Shown here piece after piece: positions 25,301 through 36,821 of a stretch of 64,000 nt of DNA. The notes below the pieces were generated by a model. That model had not been told where the DNA came from, did no database searches, and was given only the letters and a program-made list of their open reading frames with translations. Origin of the DNA: Macrostomum lignano (taxonomy: Eukaryota). The stretch is taken from positions 682,001 to 746,000 of the forward strand of contig NIVC01000067.1 in the NCBI GenBank assembly GCA_002269645.1, written 5' to 3'. Both the position numbers and the translations under genes were made by a program. Every line of letters starts with the position of its first letter. Within the stretch, counting starts at the first letter, position 1.

Positions 25301-28300
25301 CATCACCCGCTACGAGGCCGTAGACCTGGACGAGTACCTTCGCGATGCCAGCAATCCGAGTGACATGGTCAAGCTGCTCATCGTTAACGACGACGACGTG
25401 TCAAAGCAGCGGGTGATTGGCACCGGCGCCTTTGGTACCGTCTTCAAGGTGAGTTGGCAAACGCAAGACCGAGAGTGACAAGAGTGACAAGAGTGACGAG
25501 AGTGACGAGAGTGACAAGAGTGACGAGAGTGACGAGAGTGACGAAAGTGACAAGAGTGACAAGAGTGATAAAAGTGACAGGAGTGACAAGAGTGACAGAA
25601 GTGACAAGAGTGACAAGAGTGATAAAAGTGACAGGAGTGACAAGAGTGATAAGTGACAAGAGTGACAGAGTGAGAGAGTGACAGAGTGGCATAGTGACAG
25701 AGTGACAGAGTGACGAAGTGGCATCGTGACAGAGTGACAAGAGTGACAAAAATGACAGAGTGACAGAGTGACAGAGTGGCATAGTGACAGAATGACAAGA
25801 GTGACAAGAGTGACAAGAGTGACATAGCGACATTGTGGCATAATTACAGAATGGCAGAGTATTAACTTAGTGAATTAGTTAGTTAGACATGACTAGATAA
25901 TCTTAGATGTGCTTGATTGATAGACACCATAGATCATATATTACCAATATATACAATATACAATATAAAATCTATTATAGACACCAACTAACGATTTAGC
26001 AGCTTTATGATGCAATGCGTACTCGTATTTCACATAGACGTGACAGAATAAACACGTGACGGAGTTAAGATTATGATCTTGGATGAAAGCCCTTGAGCCG
26101 AGAGTACTGCATCCTGACGCGATAGCGATTTTGGGTTTGGATAAGGTGAAAATCAGTCTATGACCTCGATACGTACGTAGCACAATAAAGTGACTAATTG
26201 CATATGTACGTCGCGAGAAGGTGACGATTCGTTGATTTATTGCTTAGCCAAGCGGCTGGCCATATAACAGCGGAGAAACAGATTCGAGATAGAGAGCACA
26301 AACTACACTCATAACTCACAATTATTGTTTATGAGCTGCAGCGCCCCGTGCCAGCCTAGCAGCGAAAGGAAATATATCGATACTCGTAGTTGCACTACCA
26401 GCTATTGTTTTTACTAAAACGAGGGCAATAGCTGTATATTATTATTTATCAAGGGTTTTAAAGTGCATAATAGAGAACAATAGGTACTGAGGGTACACTG
26501 GGGATAGAGAAATCGGTCGGAACTGAGTGTACACTGGGGATAGAGAAATCGGTCGGGACTGAGTGTACACTGGGGATAGAGAAATCGGTCGGAACTGAGT
26601 GTACACTAGGGATAGAGAAATCGGTCGGAACTGAGTGTACACTGGGGATAGAGAAATCGGTCGGGACTGAGTGTACACTGGGGATAGAGAAATCGGTCGA
26701 GTTTATTTGAATACATGAATGTACAAACAGTCCCACCCTCTTCACCCAATTACAGGGCATGCTGCGCTCGCACGGCCGCGAGTTGCCCGTGGCAGTTAAG
26801 GTGTTGCGCGGCCGTAGTCCCAAGCTGGGCCAGGAGCTGCTCAAAGAGGCCGGCGTGCTGGCCCGGGTTCGACACCCGTGCTGCATCCGACTGGTGGCGC
26901 TGTGCCTCACCCAGGTGCGTTGTTAATTGACCTTTCCAAACGGATACTGTATGAAGGCACATGCTCACACAATGTGTACAGCAGCCCTCATCGTCAGTCA
27001 TGTAGACTTTCTGTGCCTTGGGGTGTTGACCCTCGTGGGGGAGAATCTCACGACAAGCCCCAGGCCAGTTTCCGAGCAGAAGCGTCAAACTAAAGCAGCT
27101 TCGCACAGAGTCGAACCCGCGTTGCAGTTGAAGAATTCGGATGAGTTGATTTGATTCTCAAGCCCCCCCCCCCAACCATGCCGCCGCCAGGAGCCGCAGC
27201 TCATCACGGCGCTGATGCCGCGCGGCTGCCTGCTGGATTTTGTGCGCGAAAGGCGCCGCCGGATTGGCGCCAACAGAATGCTGCACTGGGCGCTTCAGGT
27301 GGCCGAAGGCATGGCGTACCTGCAGTCGGAGGGCATTGTGCACAGAGACCTGGCTGCTAGGAATGTCCTGCTGCAGACGCCAGATCAGGTGAGTCATGCG
27401 TGCTCTCGTGACTAATAATTATCTTAATAACCATTTTTACCTGTGAGCAATTCTCTTACACACCTATGTACACTCAAACCCGCCCCTATGTACCCACCAC
27501 AATCAACACACCATCATCTGCCCCAATGTACACCCACCAACTGCTTCAATGTACACCCACCATCTACCCCAATGTACACCCACCATCTACCCCAGTGTAC
27601 ACCCACCATCTACCCCAGTGTACACCCACCATCTACCCCAGTGTACACCCACCATCTACCCCAATGTACACCCATCATCTAACCCAATGTACACCCACCA
27701 TCTACCCCAATGTACACCCACATCTACCCCAATGTACACCCATCATCTAACCCAATGTACACCCACCATCTACCCCAATGTACATCCACCATCTGCCCCA
27801 ATGTACACCCACTATCTACCCCAAAGCACACCCAGCGTCTACCCCAAACTACAACCCGCCACCCGCCCAAAATCGCACTCCAGGTGCGCATAACGGACTT
27901 CGGCCTGGCCCGCCTGTTGAACATCAGCGAGCGCGATTTCGCCAGCCGTGGCGGCCTGCTGCCCATGAAGTGGCTCGGGCTCGAGTGCATCGACTCCGGC
28001 CTGTTCAGCCACCAGTCGGACGTGTGGAGCTACGGCGTGCTGCTGTGGGAGGTCTGCACCTTCGGCGAGTCGCCCTACTGCCAATACGGCATCCGCAGCG
28101 CAGAGGACATGCTGGGCCTGCTGCGCAAGGGCATCCGGCTCGGCCAGCCCGACGTCTGCAGCGTGGACTTCTATAACATCCTGCTGAGCTGCTGGCTGCC
28201 GTTCCCGGAGTCGCGGCCCTCCTTCTCGGACCTGACGGACACCATGAAGGACTGTCTGAAGGCTCCCGAGAAGTACATCGCTTACAATGCCGCCGGCACC

Positions 28301-28666
28301 AGAGAGGCTGGAGGAGCCACGGCAGCCGCCAGCGTCAACGAAAGTGATGGTGATGGCGACGGCGACGGCGAAGGCGAGACGGAGACAACTATGGCCGCCG
28401 CCGTCGTAGCCGCGGACGCGGACGTCGGAAACAACGGCGATTCCGCCAACGCGTACATCACGGATCCGGTGGAGAAGCGAGCGCTGCTGGAGCTGGAGCT
28501 CCGCGATCCACCGGCGGGTGAACAGTGCGACGATGACGACGGCTACTTGGTGCCGTGCTCAGGGGGCCAGCCGATGCAGCCCATGTCGCAGCAGCAGCAG
28601 CAGCACGCGGCCGACTGCGACAGCGATCCATGCGCCAGCAGCTGCCTGTTGCCCAAGCGAAAGTGA
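22339..28666 (+). CDS. EGFR: EGFR/ErbB-family receptor tyrosine kinase with an apparent frameshift at ~23659-23666
   Basis: Segments 22339-23658 and 23667-23854 (different frames), then exons 24851-25448, 26756-26914, 27191-27388, 27884-28666. Signal peptide, L1, furin-like Cys-rich, L2, second Cys-rich region, TM (VMVAVGICLGVGLLLLL), kinase motifs GTGAFGTVFK, VAVK, HRDLAARN, DFG, SDVWSYGV. Confidence 0.92.
25472..25825. repeat. 9-bp tandem repeat (gagtgacaa) in an EGFR intron
   Basis: Direct inspection. Confidence 0.92.
26490..26700. repeat. 36-bp minisatellite in an EGFR intron
   Basis: Unit gtacactggggatagagaaatcggtcggaactgagt, about 6 copies. Confidence 0.92.
27480..27850. repeat. 23-bp minisatellite in an EGFR intron
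   Basis: Unit cccaatgtacacccaccatctac. Confidence 0.9.
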
Positions 28667-28912
28667 AATTCTGTTCGTTCCGATTCTGCAATAAACAGTT
28701 TATCTTATGAAGCCAGTGCAATTGCCGCTTTCACGTCATTCACTGAGTCTCTCCTTCAATGTTTTCAGCGCACTTGGCTCGAACATTAACAGTTCCTATG
28801 TGTACTTTTTATTGTGTTCTTTTTATTTGCGCTTCGATCTTCTGTCTGATAATCAGCTTGATAATTATTACCCCTCCCTAACTTCAAGCCCTCCTTAAAG
28901 GGAGTGGGTACA

Positions 28913-29330
28913 CACCCAGCCCCAGCTAGCAGCACCCTCTCTCCAATGTACACACCCAGTCCCAGCTAGCAGCACCCTCTCCCCAATGTACACACTCAGC
29001 CCCAGCTAGCAGCACCCTCTCCCCAATGTACACACCCAGCCCAGCTAGCAGCACCCTCTCCCCAATGTACACACCCAGCCCCAGCTAGTAGCACCCTCTC
29101 CCCATTGTACACACCCAGCCCCAGCTAGCAGCACCCTCTCTTCAATGTACACACCCAGCCCCAGCTAGCAGCACCTTCTCCCCAATGTGCACACCCACCC
29201 CAGCTAGCAGCACCCTCTCCCCAATGTACAAACCCAGCCCCAGCTAGTAGCACCCTCTCTCCAATGTACACACCCAGCCCGAGCAAGCAGCACCCCTCCC
29301 CAATGTACATACCCAGCTAGCAGCACCCTC
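28913..29330. repeat. ~35-bp minisatellite
   Basis: Unit approximately cccagctagcagcaccctctccccaatgtacacac. Confidence 0.9.
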
Positions 29331-29789
29331 CTTTGAGGAACCTTCGTCCACAATTTCCATTCGGCAATATGAAAGTTAATGCGCTTCTCTTCTACTTGTA
29401 ATCGTAATCAAGCACTTGCTTTGCTTTCTCACTAAATTTCTCACCAAGTCTGAGATCGAGCAGTTGTTTTTGCCTAACGCAATAAGACTGTTAAACATGG
29501 CTTACATATTAACTGTAAACTGCTTATTTTTTTATTCGTCTTCATTCTAATTTCCTTTCTGTCAAGCTTTGAAATTACAAAAATTACATTTTTTCGAAGT
29601 TACGAGAGTTTTTTCGTCCTATCAGCTTCTCGAACAGTGGCCTCAGTATTTTTTTCTTATTGCCAGTTTATTATCAACAATTCCGTTTAAAGAAGATTTC
29701 GCGAAACCAGTTTAGTGCTTGGAATGCTTAGGATGCCTGTTTTCTGCTCATAATGCCATTTTTGGTGTACAAGATGAAAGTTAAAGAAT

Positions 29790-30760
29790 CCTAATGTCAG
29801 TTTAACAATCCTAATGTCAGTTTAACAATCCTAATGCCAGTTTAACAATCCCAATGCCAGTTTAACAATCCCAATGCCAGTTTAACAATCCTAATGCCAG
29901 TTTAACAATCCCAATGCCAGTTTAACAATCCCAATGCCAGTTTAACAATTCCAATGCCAGTTTAACAATCCTAATGCCAGTTTAACAATCCCAATGTCAG
30001 TTTAACAATCCCAATGCCAGTTTAACAATCCCAATGCCAGTTTAACAATCCCAATGCCAGTTTAACAATCCTAATGCCAGTTTAACAATCCCAATGCCAG
30101 TTTAACAATCCCAATGCCAGTTTAACAATCCCAATGCCAGTTTAACAATCCCAATACCAGTTTAACAATCCTAATGCCAGTTTAACAATCCCAATGCCAG
30201 TTTAACAATTCCAATGCCAGTTTAACAATTCCAATGCCAGTTTAACAATCCCAATGCCAGTTTAACAATTCCAATGCCAGTTTAACAACCTCAATGCCAG
30301 TTTAACAATCCCAATGCCAGTTTAACAATCCCAATGCCAGTTTAACAATCCCAATGCCAGTTTAACAATCCCAATGCCAGTTTAACAATCCCAATGCCAG
30401 TTTAACAACCTCAATGCCAGTTTAACAATCCCAATGCCAGTTTAACAATCCCAATGCCAGTTTAACAATCCCAATGCCAGTTTAACAATCCCAATGCCAG
30501 TTTAACAATCCCAATGCCAGTTTAACAACCTCAATGCCAGTTTAACAATCCCAATGCCAGTTTAACAATTCCAATGCCAGTTTAACAATCCCAATGCCAG
30601 TTTAACAATTCCAATGCCAGTTTAACAATCCCAATGCCAGTTTAACAATTCCAATGCCAGTTTAACAATTCCAATGCCAGTTTAACAATCCCAATGCCAG
30701 TTTAACAATTCCAATGCCAGTTTAACAATCCCAATGCCAGTTTAACAATCCCAATGCCAA
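29790..30760. repeat. 20-bp satellite
   Basis: Unit tttaacaatcccaatgccag, about 48 copies. Confidence 0.97.
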
Positions 30761-31243
30761 TTTACCCACATGTTAGCTGCAACAAGTATCCATTTCCACA
30801 ATATGAAAGTTCATAGAATTTAAAACTAAAATTTAACTATAAATTAATCATCCATACTTTTACATACGTTTAGCTCGATAAAATATAATCGCATGCATAT
30901 GCTTAGCCAAGAGCAAGACAGATGCGTTGCCCCGAACTCATCCATCCTCGCTCGGTCATTAATCTGACGTTTCTGGATCCGCCGGGCTTACTCTCTGATA
31001 CAGGCTCTGCGTGCGAACTCGCCATTCATCAGTTGTCTGCATCTGCGAGCGCACCATGCTGGCATTAATAAAGTTGCCAATACTGAGGGTGTTCCGCTCG
31101 TACTGCCATAATTACCGGCTGTTGTTGCTATGCTAACCTCTTATTTCATATGCCATGCTGACTACTCACTGTTTGGCTGTCAGTAGCTAAGTCAGAGTTT
31201 TTAATCGCCTCTGATCTCAGATCCTCACAGATCCTAACAAATC

Positions 31244-31361
31244 GGGTCTATGTGAATTTAGTAACCGAAATTTATGTAGTAACCGTGAATTTAGTAACGC
31301 TGGAATTTACGTTAAATTCTTAAATTCTTAAAAATAAACGTTACTAAATTCAATGGCTCCC
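31244..31361. mobile_element. Tiny Mutator-like MITE (118 bp)
   Basis: Imperfect TIRs gggtctatgtgaatttagtaac / gttactaaattcaatggctccc; near-perfect 9-bp TSD taacaaatc / taagaaatc. Confidence 0.65.
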
Positions 31362-31437
31362 TAAGAAATCTTTATAGATTAATTGATAATTATTACCCCT
31401 CTCTAACTTCAAGCCCTCCTTAAAGGGAGTGGGTACA

Positions 31438-32000
31438 GACCTTCACAGATCTTCCACAGATCTTTACAGATTCTCACACATCTTCATAGATCCTCACACA
31501 TCTTCATAGATCCTCACACATCTTCATAGATCCTCACACATCTTCATAGATCCTCACACATCTTCATCGATCCTCACACATCTTCAAAGATCCTCACACA
31601 TCTTCATAGATCCTCACACATCTTCATAGATCCTCACAGATCTTCATAGATCCTCACAGATCTTCATAGATCCTCACAGATCTTCATAGATACCACAGAT
31701 CTTCAAAGATCCTCACATATCTTCATAGATCCTCACAGATCTGTTTAGATCCTCACAGATCTTCATAGATCCTCACAGATCCTTGTAGATCCTCACTGAT
31801 CTTCATAGATCCCACAGATCTTCATAGATCCCCAAAAATAGTCATAGATCCTCACAGATCTTCTTAGATCCCCACAAATAGTCATCGATCCTCAAAAATC
31901 TTTGTAGATCCTCACAGATCTTCACAGATCCTCACAGATCCTCACAGATCCTCACAGATCCTCACAGATCCTCACAGATCCTCACAGATCCTCACAGATC
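31438..32000. repeat. 10/20-bp satellite (gatcctcaca / gatcttcata)
   Basis: Direct inspection. Confidence 0.92.
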
Positions 32001-32489
32001 ACAGGTCACAGATTCTCCAGCTGTTCCTGTGATTTCTCTGAGATCCGTGAGGATCTATGAGGATCAGTGAGTCTTGGATTCCACAACTTGATAGAATTCT
32101 GTGTGCGAATATATGACTGCATGAGCGTGGGAATTTTCAAACTGGGCTCGTTTCCTAGAAAACACCTGCAGCACAGCCGGCGTTGACAGCTCCATCCAAC
32201 TTGGCTGGCAGCTCAGCTGGATTCTCACACTCCAGTTCAACACTTTCTCACAGCCGTTCTAAGCGGCCTCCTTCACGACTCGGTGATTCTCTGCCAGCCA
32301 ATCCCGGTTGTTGCAGAAAACTGCAGCTAATCTTGCAGGAAATTTTCCCTCCTAAAAGGAGAGGCATCCGTTCACGACTGAGATCCGAACACTCGATGTG
32401 ACAAAATTACAGTGGAAGACGTCTAGCCGGTGAGTTTAAGACATCTGGCTTTTTTATCTTCTGTTAGCTTGCGTCCTTATCATAGTCTC

Positions 32490-32900
32490 ACCCTATATCT
32501 CACAGCAATCTCACCCTATATCTCACAGCACTCTCACCCTATATCTCACAGCACTCTCACCCTATATCTCACAGCACTCTCACCCTATATCTCACAGCAC
32601 TCTCACCCTATATCTCACAGCACTCTCACCCTTTATCTCACAGGAGTCTTATCCCATTCCTCACATGAGCCTCACCCCATTCCTCACAGGATTCTCACCC
32701 CATTCCTCACAGGAGTCTCACCCCATTCCTCACAGGATTCTCACCCCATTCCTCACAGGAGTCTCACCCCATTCCTCACAGCAGTCTCACCCATTCCTCA
32801 CAGGAGTCTCACCCATTCCTCACAGGAGTCTCACCCATTCCTCACAGGAGTCTCACCCATTCCTCACAGGAGTCTCACCCCATTCCTCACAGCAGTCTCA
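32490..32900. repeat. 21-22-bp minisatellites
   Basis: Units ctcaccctatatctcacagcac, then ctcaccccattcctcacaggagt. Confidence 0.9.
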
Positions 32901-33249
32901 CCTCATTCCTCCCAGGAGCCTCTTACAGCAGCCGAATATCCATATTCGAGTGCAAATCAAAGCTCACCTGAGCACCCGGCAACAAGCAAATGCTATTATC
33001 TGTTCCCATGCCAGCGCTCACACAGCCGATCTGTTTATTCACCCGCTGCTCTCCACCCACTGCCTGGTTGGGGATCAGCTTTAGCCTTAGCGTCTCATGG
33101 TTGCACTGGGGTGCACAAGCATATCTCGGAATTGCACAGAATGCTGCCTGTGTTTGACCATCTGAGCAGCCACCGCATATCCAAGCGTGTTTGGTTGTTA
33201 TTCATGCCAGATTAATTTCTGATTCATGCGCATCAGATTTGAGGGATCT

Positions 33250-33670
33250 CATCTCAATTCCCATCCGCCTACCCACCCGATTCCCATCCGCCTACCCACC
33301 AGATTCCCATCCGCCTACCCACCAGATTCCCATTCACCTTCCCACCCGATCCCATCCGCCTACCCACCCGATCCCATCCGCCTACCCACCCGATTCCCAT
33401 CCACCTACCCACCCGATCCCATCCGCCTACCCACCCGATTCCCATCCGCCTACCCACCCGATTCTCATCCACCTACCCACCCGATCCCATCCGCCTACCC
33501 ACCCGATCCCATCCGCCTATCCACCCGATTCCCATCCGCCTACCCACCCGATTCCCATCCGCCTTCCCACTCGATTCCCATCCGCCTAACCACCGATTCC
33601 CATCCGCCTTCCCACCCGATTCCCATCCGCCTTCCCACTCTATTCCCATCAGCCTTCCCACCCGATTCCT
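33250..33670. repeat. 22-23-bp minisatellite
   Basis: Unit cccatccgcctacccacccgatt. Confidence 0.9.
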
Positions 33671-34162
33671 GCCCAGCAAATCAAAAAATAAGTCTTCACA
33701 CCCTGCGTCACAACACTCGAGGCAAAAGCTTCTCAGATTACAAATTGGTTGCCCCCTTACTGTCCTTTCTGTGTCCCCCTCCGTTAAAAAGCTGACTTCC
33801 CATCTTCCTATCTCTACTCTAGATTATCCCAACGCGAGCTCTCGTCTAAGCAATTTCCCTCCCCGAGCAGAGGCACTCGGCAGGCATCTCATTAGGCCTA
33901 TATAGTTAAAAAGCCGAGGTGCGAAAGTAGACCACTCGAGGCGCTGCTGGTTAAACAAGAAACTTTAAGAGAAGGCGCGGAAAAGGCGGGGGACCTTCGC
34001 TTGAAAGTCAACTCTAATTAAGCTGGCAGGCGGCCTGACAAAGTAGCGAGGCTCTTCTTGGCTTCTTGGCCGCTCAGCGCCATCCTCTCGCCCTCCTCAG
34101 CCCCGAGGCGGCTGCATAAAAACCAAACCGACTGGCCGGAACAGTTCCAATTACATGTGGAC

Positions 34163-34947
34163 CAGGGGTTGAACAAACTTTTGTCTTAAAGCTAGATGGC
34201 GAATCTAGCGCATGACTGCGGGCCCGAGAGGGAGAGAGAGGAGAGAGAATAGAGGAGAGGAAAGGAGAGAGGAGAGGAGAGGAGAGGAGAGGAGAGGAGA
34301 GGAGAGGAGAGGAGAGGAGAGGAGAGGAGAGGAGAGGAGAGGAGAGGAGAGGAGAGGAGAGGAGAGGAGAGGAGAGGAGAGGAGAGGAGAGGAGAGGAGA
34401 GGAGAGAGAGATAGAGGAGAAGAGAGGAGAGAGGAGAGAGAATAGAGGAGAGGAGAGGAGAGAGGAGAGGAGAGGAGAGAGGAGAGGAGAGGAGAGAGGA
34501 GAGAGAATATAGGGGAGGCGAGGAGAGAAGTGAGGAGAGGAGGACAGGAGAGGAGAGGAGAGGAGACGAGACGAGAGGAGAGGAGAGGAGAGGAGACGAG
34601 ACGAGACGAGACGAGAGGAGAGGAGAGGAGAGGAGAGGAGAGGAGACGAGACGAGAGGAGAGGAGAGGAGAGGAGACGAGACGAGACGAGAGGAGAGGAG
34701 AGGAGACGAGACGAGAGGAGAGGAGAGGAGAGGAGAGGAGAGGAGAGGAGAGGAGAGGAGAGGAGAGGAGAGGAGAGGAGAGGAGAGGAGAGGAGAGGAG
34801 AGAAAAGGGAGAAGAGAGACGAGATTAGAGAGGAGAGAGCTGAGAATAGACACAAATTGCTGTTGTGAAGTTTTAAAAGACCCGAGACCCGGATAGAGAG
34901 GCTTGGTGGGCCGCATGTGGCCCGAGGGCCGGAGTTTGCTGGCCCCC
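34163..34947. mobile_element. Probable hAT-type MITE inflated by an internal (GAGAG)n array (34230-34835)
   Basis: Left end caggggttgaacaaac; right end gggccgcatgtggcccgagggccggagtttg, typical of hAT/Charlie-like subterminal sequence. TIR match only partial; the array itself is certain. Confidence 0.5.
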
Positions 34948-35555
34948 GAATCAGACCGACAGAAGCTGACCTCGCTTGGTCAACCAGCGGAAACTTCTCT
35001 CTCCGATTTGCTTTAAGAATCAGTCGCGATGCTGTTCCGTTTTAGGGAATTAACAGTTGGAAATCTTTTATCTCTAGTCGCCATTGGGGACAAATCGAAC
35101 TCTGTTTCGGGTGCTAGCGGGTTTTCATCGAAAAATCAATTCTTCAAGGCGGCAATATTGAGTCGTTTCCAGATTAAGAATTCTGACTTTAATGAAGTCT
35201 GCCGCCAGTATCGAAGCTTAGCTATCGTCAGAACTTTGTTTAACTGTTCCAACCCCCTCCCTCCCTAAGTTTCCAGAGAACCCCTCTGATTTTGCAATAG
35301 ATTTCTACATCATCTAGATCTACCTAATTAAAACCTCAAAGAAATTGTAATAAATTGATTGATAATTGTCTGATTCCAACCGAGGCCTTGATTTGTGCCA
35401 GTTCCGAAAGCCCCCTGCGAGACAAAGTACCCGGCAACTCGATTACGGCAAAGCACCTTGTCAATGCAATTAGTCTAGCATCTTGCCCAATCATTCCAGC
35501 CTCAGCAATCAGCTCGGATTTGACACAATCACCAGCATCAGTTAAAAGCCAGCAG

Positions 35556-36821
35556 ATGCAGACGGGCCAGAAGTCGACAGCGCCGCCAGCCCTGGTGGCC
35601 TACATCATCATGGCGAGCATCATCGCCGTTGGCGCCGCGGGCAACTCCATCGTGCTGTACGTCTACGCCAAGAAGAAGGACGGCCACGCGGCCAACGTGT
35701 TCATCCTCAGCCTGGCCGTGTCGGACCTTCTCGCCTGCACTCTCGTCATCCCGATGACGGTGGCCATGGAGGCGAGGAACTACGAGACCAGCGCCCTGGT
35801 GTGCCGGCTGCACTACCTGCTCAACTGCAGCGGCATACCGTTCTCATCTATGCTCATGGCGGCCATCGCGGTAGAGCGGTACTTCTGCATCTGCAAACCC
35901 TTCCTCCGGGCCATCACGGTGCGCAGGGCGAAGGCCATCGTGGCCACCCTCGTCGCCGTGGCCGTCACCCTGGGCGCCACCACCGCTTCGTTCAGCGCCG
36001 TCGTTCGCAGCTCATTCGACGGGCCGAACGGCACCGAGCAGTGGAAATTCGCCAGCTACGGGGAGTGCCGCGAGATCAGCGACCTGAGCGACGGGCCGTC
36101 GATGACGGTGTCCAGAGCCAGCCTGGTGTTCTACCGGGTGTTCCAGGCCATTCACCTGTCTCTGTACCTGCTCTGCATCGTGCTGGTGTTCATCCTGTAC
36201 GTGCTCATCTACGAGTCCGTGCTCCGGCTGAGGCGGCGGCGGCGCCAGCGGGCGGAGCGGATGAACAAGCGAATGCAACTCGCAGCCGCTCGGTCTGCTG
36301 GTGGCCCCGTCAGCATCGCTGCCCTCGACTCGACCCCAGCCGACGAGGGCGACACCGTGGCTGCGGCTGCAACCACCACTGGCGATGACGCTGCGGCCGT
36401 GGCCGCTGCTGCCGCTTTCAGCGCCTCGTCGGACCAACTACAACAGCGACAACAACAGCAGCAGCAGCAGCAGCTCTCGCTGGTGCCATCAACTTCAAAC
36501 AGCGCGTTGGCGGTTGCCAGCCGGGATAGCCGGGACAGCGACGCTCTGCAGAATTTGAAGACCGCCGCGATGCTATTTGTGGTGGCCATTGTCTTCATCC
36601 TGACCTTCCTGCCCGCCGCGCTGATGACAATCAAAGCCGTGCCGTTCAACATCGTCGTGTTCTACATGTACTATCTGGCGCACGCCACCAACCCCATTAT
36701 CTACTGCTTCATGAACCACAACTTCCGCGACGATCTGAGCCGAATTTTCTGTCCAGACAGGCGGAGCCGTCGCCAGCAGCAGCTGGACGATGCGAGGTCC
36801 AACCAGATACCACTGCGGTGA
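35556..36821 (+). CDS. Class A (rhodopsin-like) GPCR, peptide-receptor-like, intronless
   Basis: Seven hydrophobic segments; GNSIV (TM1), LAVSDLL (TM2), AVERY (TM3), FLP (TM6), NPIIY (TM7); long ICL3 with poly-R/A/Q. First ATG at 35556; a 5' exon cannot be excluded. Confidence 0.92.
   Translation: MQTGQKSTAPPALVAYIIMASIIAVGAAGNSIVLYVYAKKKDGHAANVFILSLAVSDLLACTLVIPMTVAMEARNYETSALVCRLHYLLNCSGIPFSSMLMAAIAVERYFCICKPFLRAITVRRAKAIVATLVAVAVTLGATTASFSAVVRSSFDGPNGTEQWKFASYGECREISDLSDGPSMTVSRASLVFYRVFQAIHLSLYLLCIVLVFILYVLIYESVLRLRRRRRQRAERMNKRMQLAAARSAGGPVSIAALDSTPADEGDTVAAAATTTGDDAAAVAAAAAFSASSDQLQQRQQQQQQQQLSLVPSTSNSALAVASRDSRDSDALQNLKTAAMLFVVAIVFILTFLPAALMTIKAVPFNIVVFYMYYLAHATNPIIYCFMNHNFRDDLSRIFCPDRRSRRQQQLDDARSNQIPLR

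Noticed and set aside
35355-35555. Longer GPCR N-terminus from the ORF-track start at 35355
   Set aside because: Non-ATG start and non-coding-like composition; the first ATG is at 35556.
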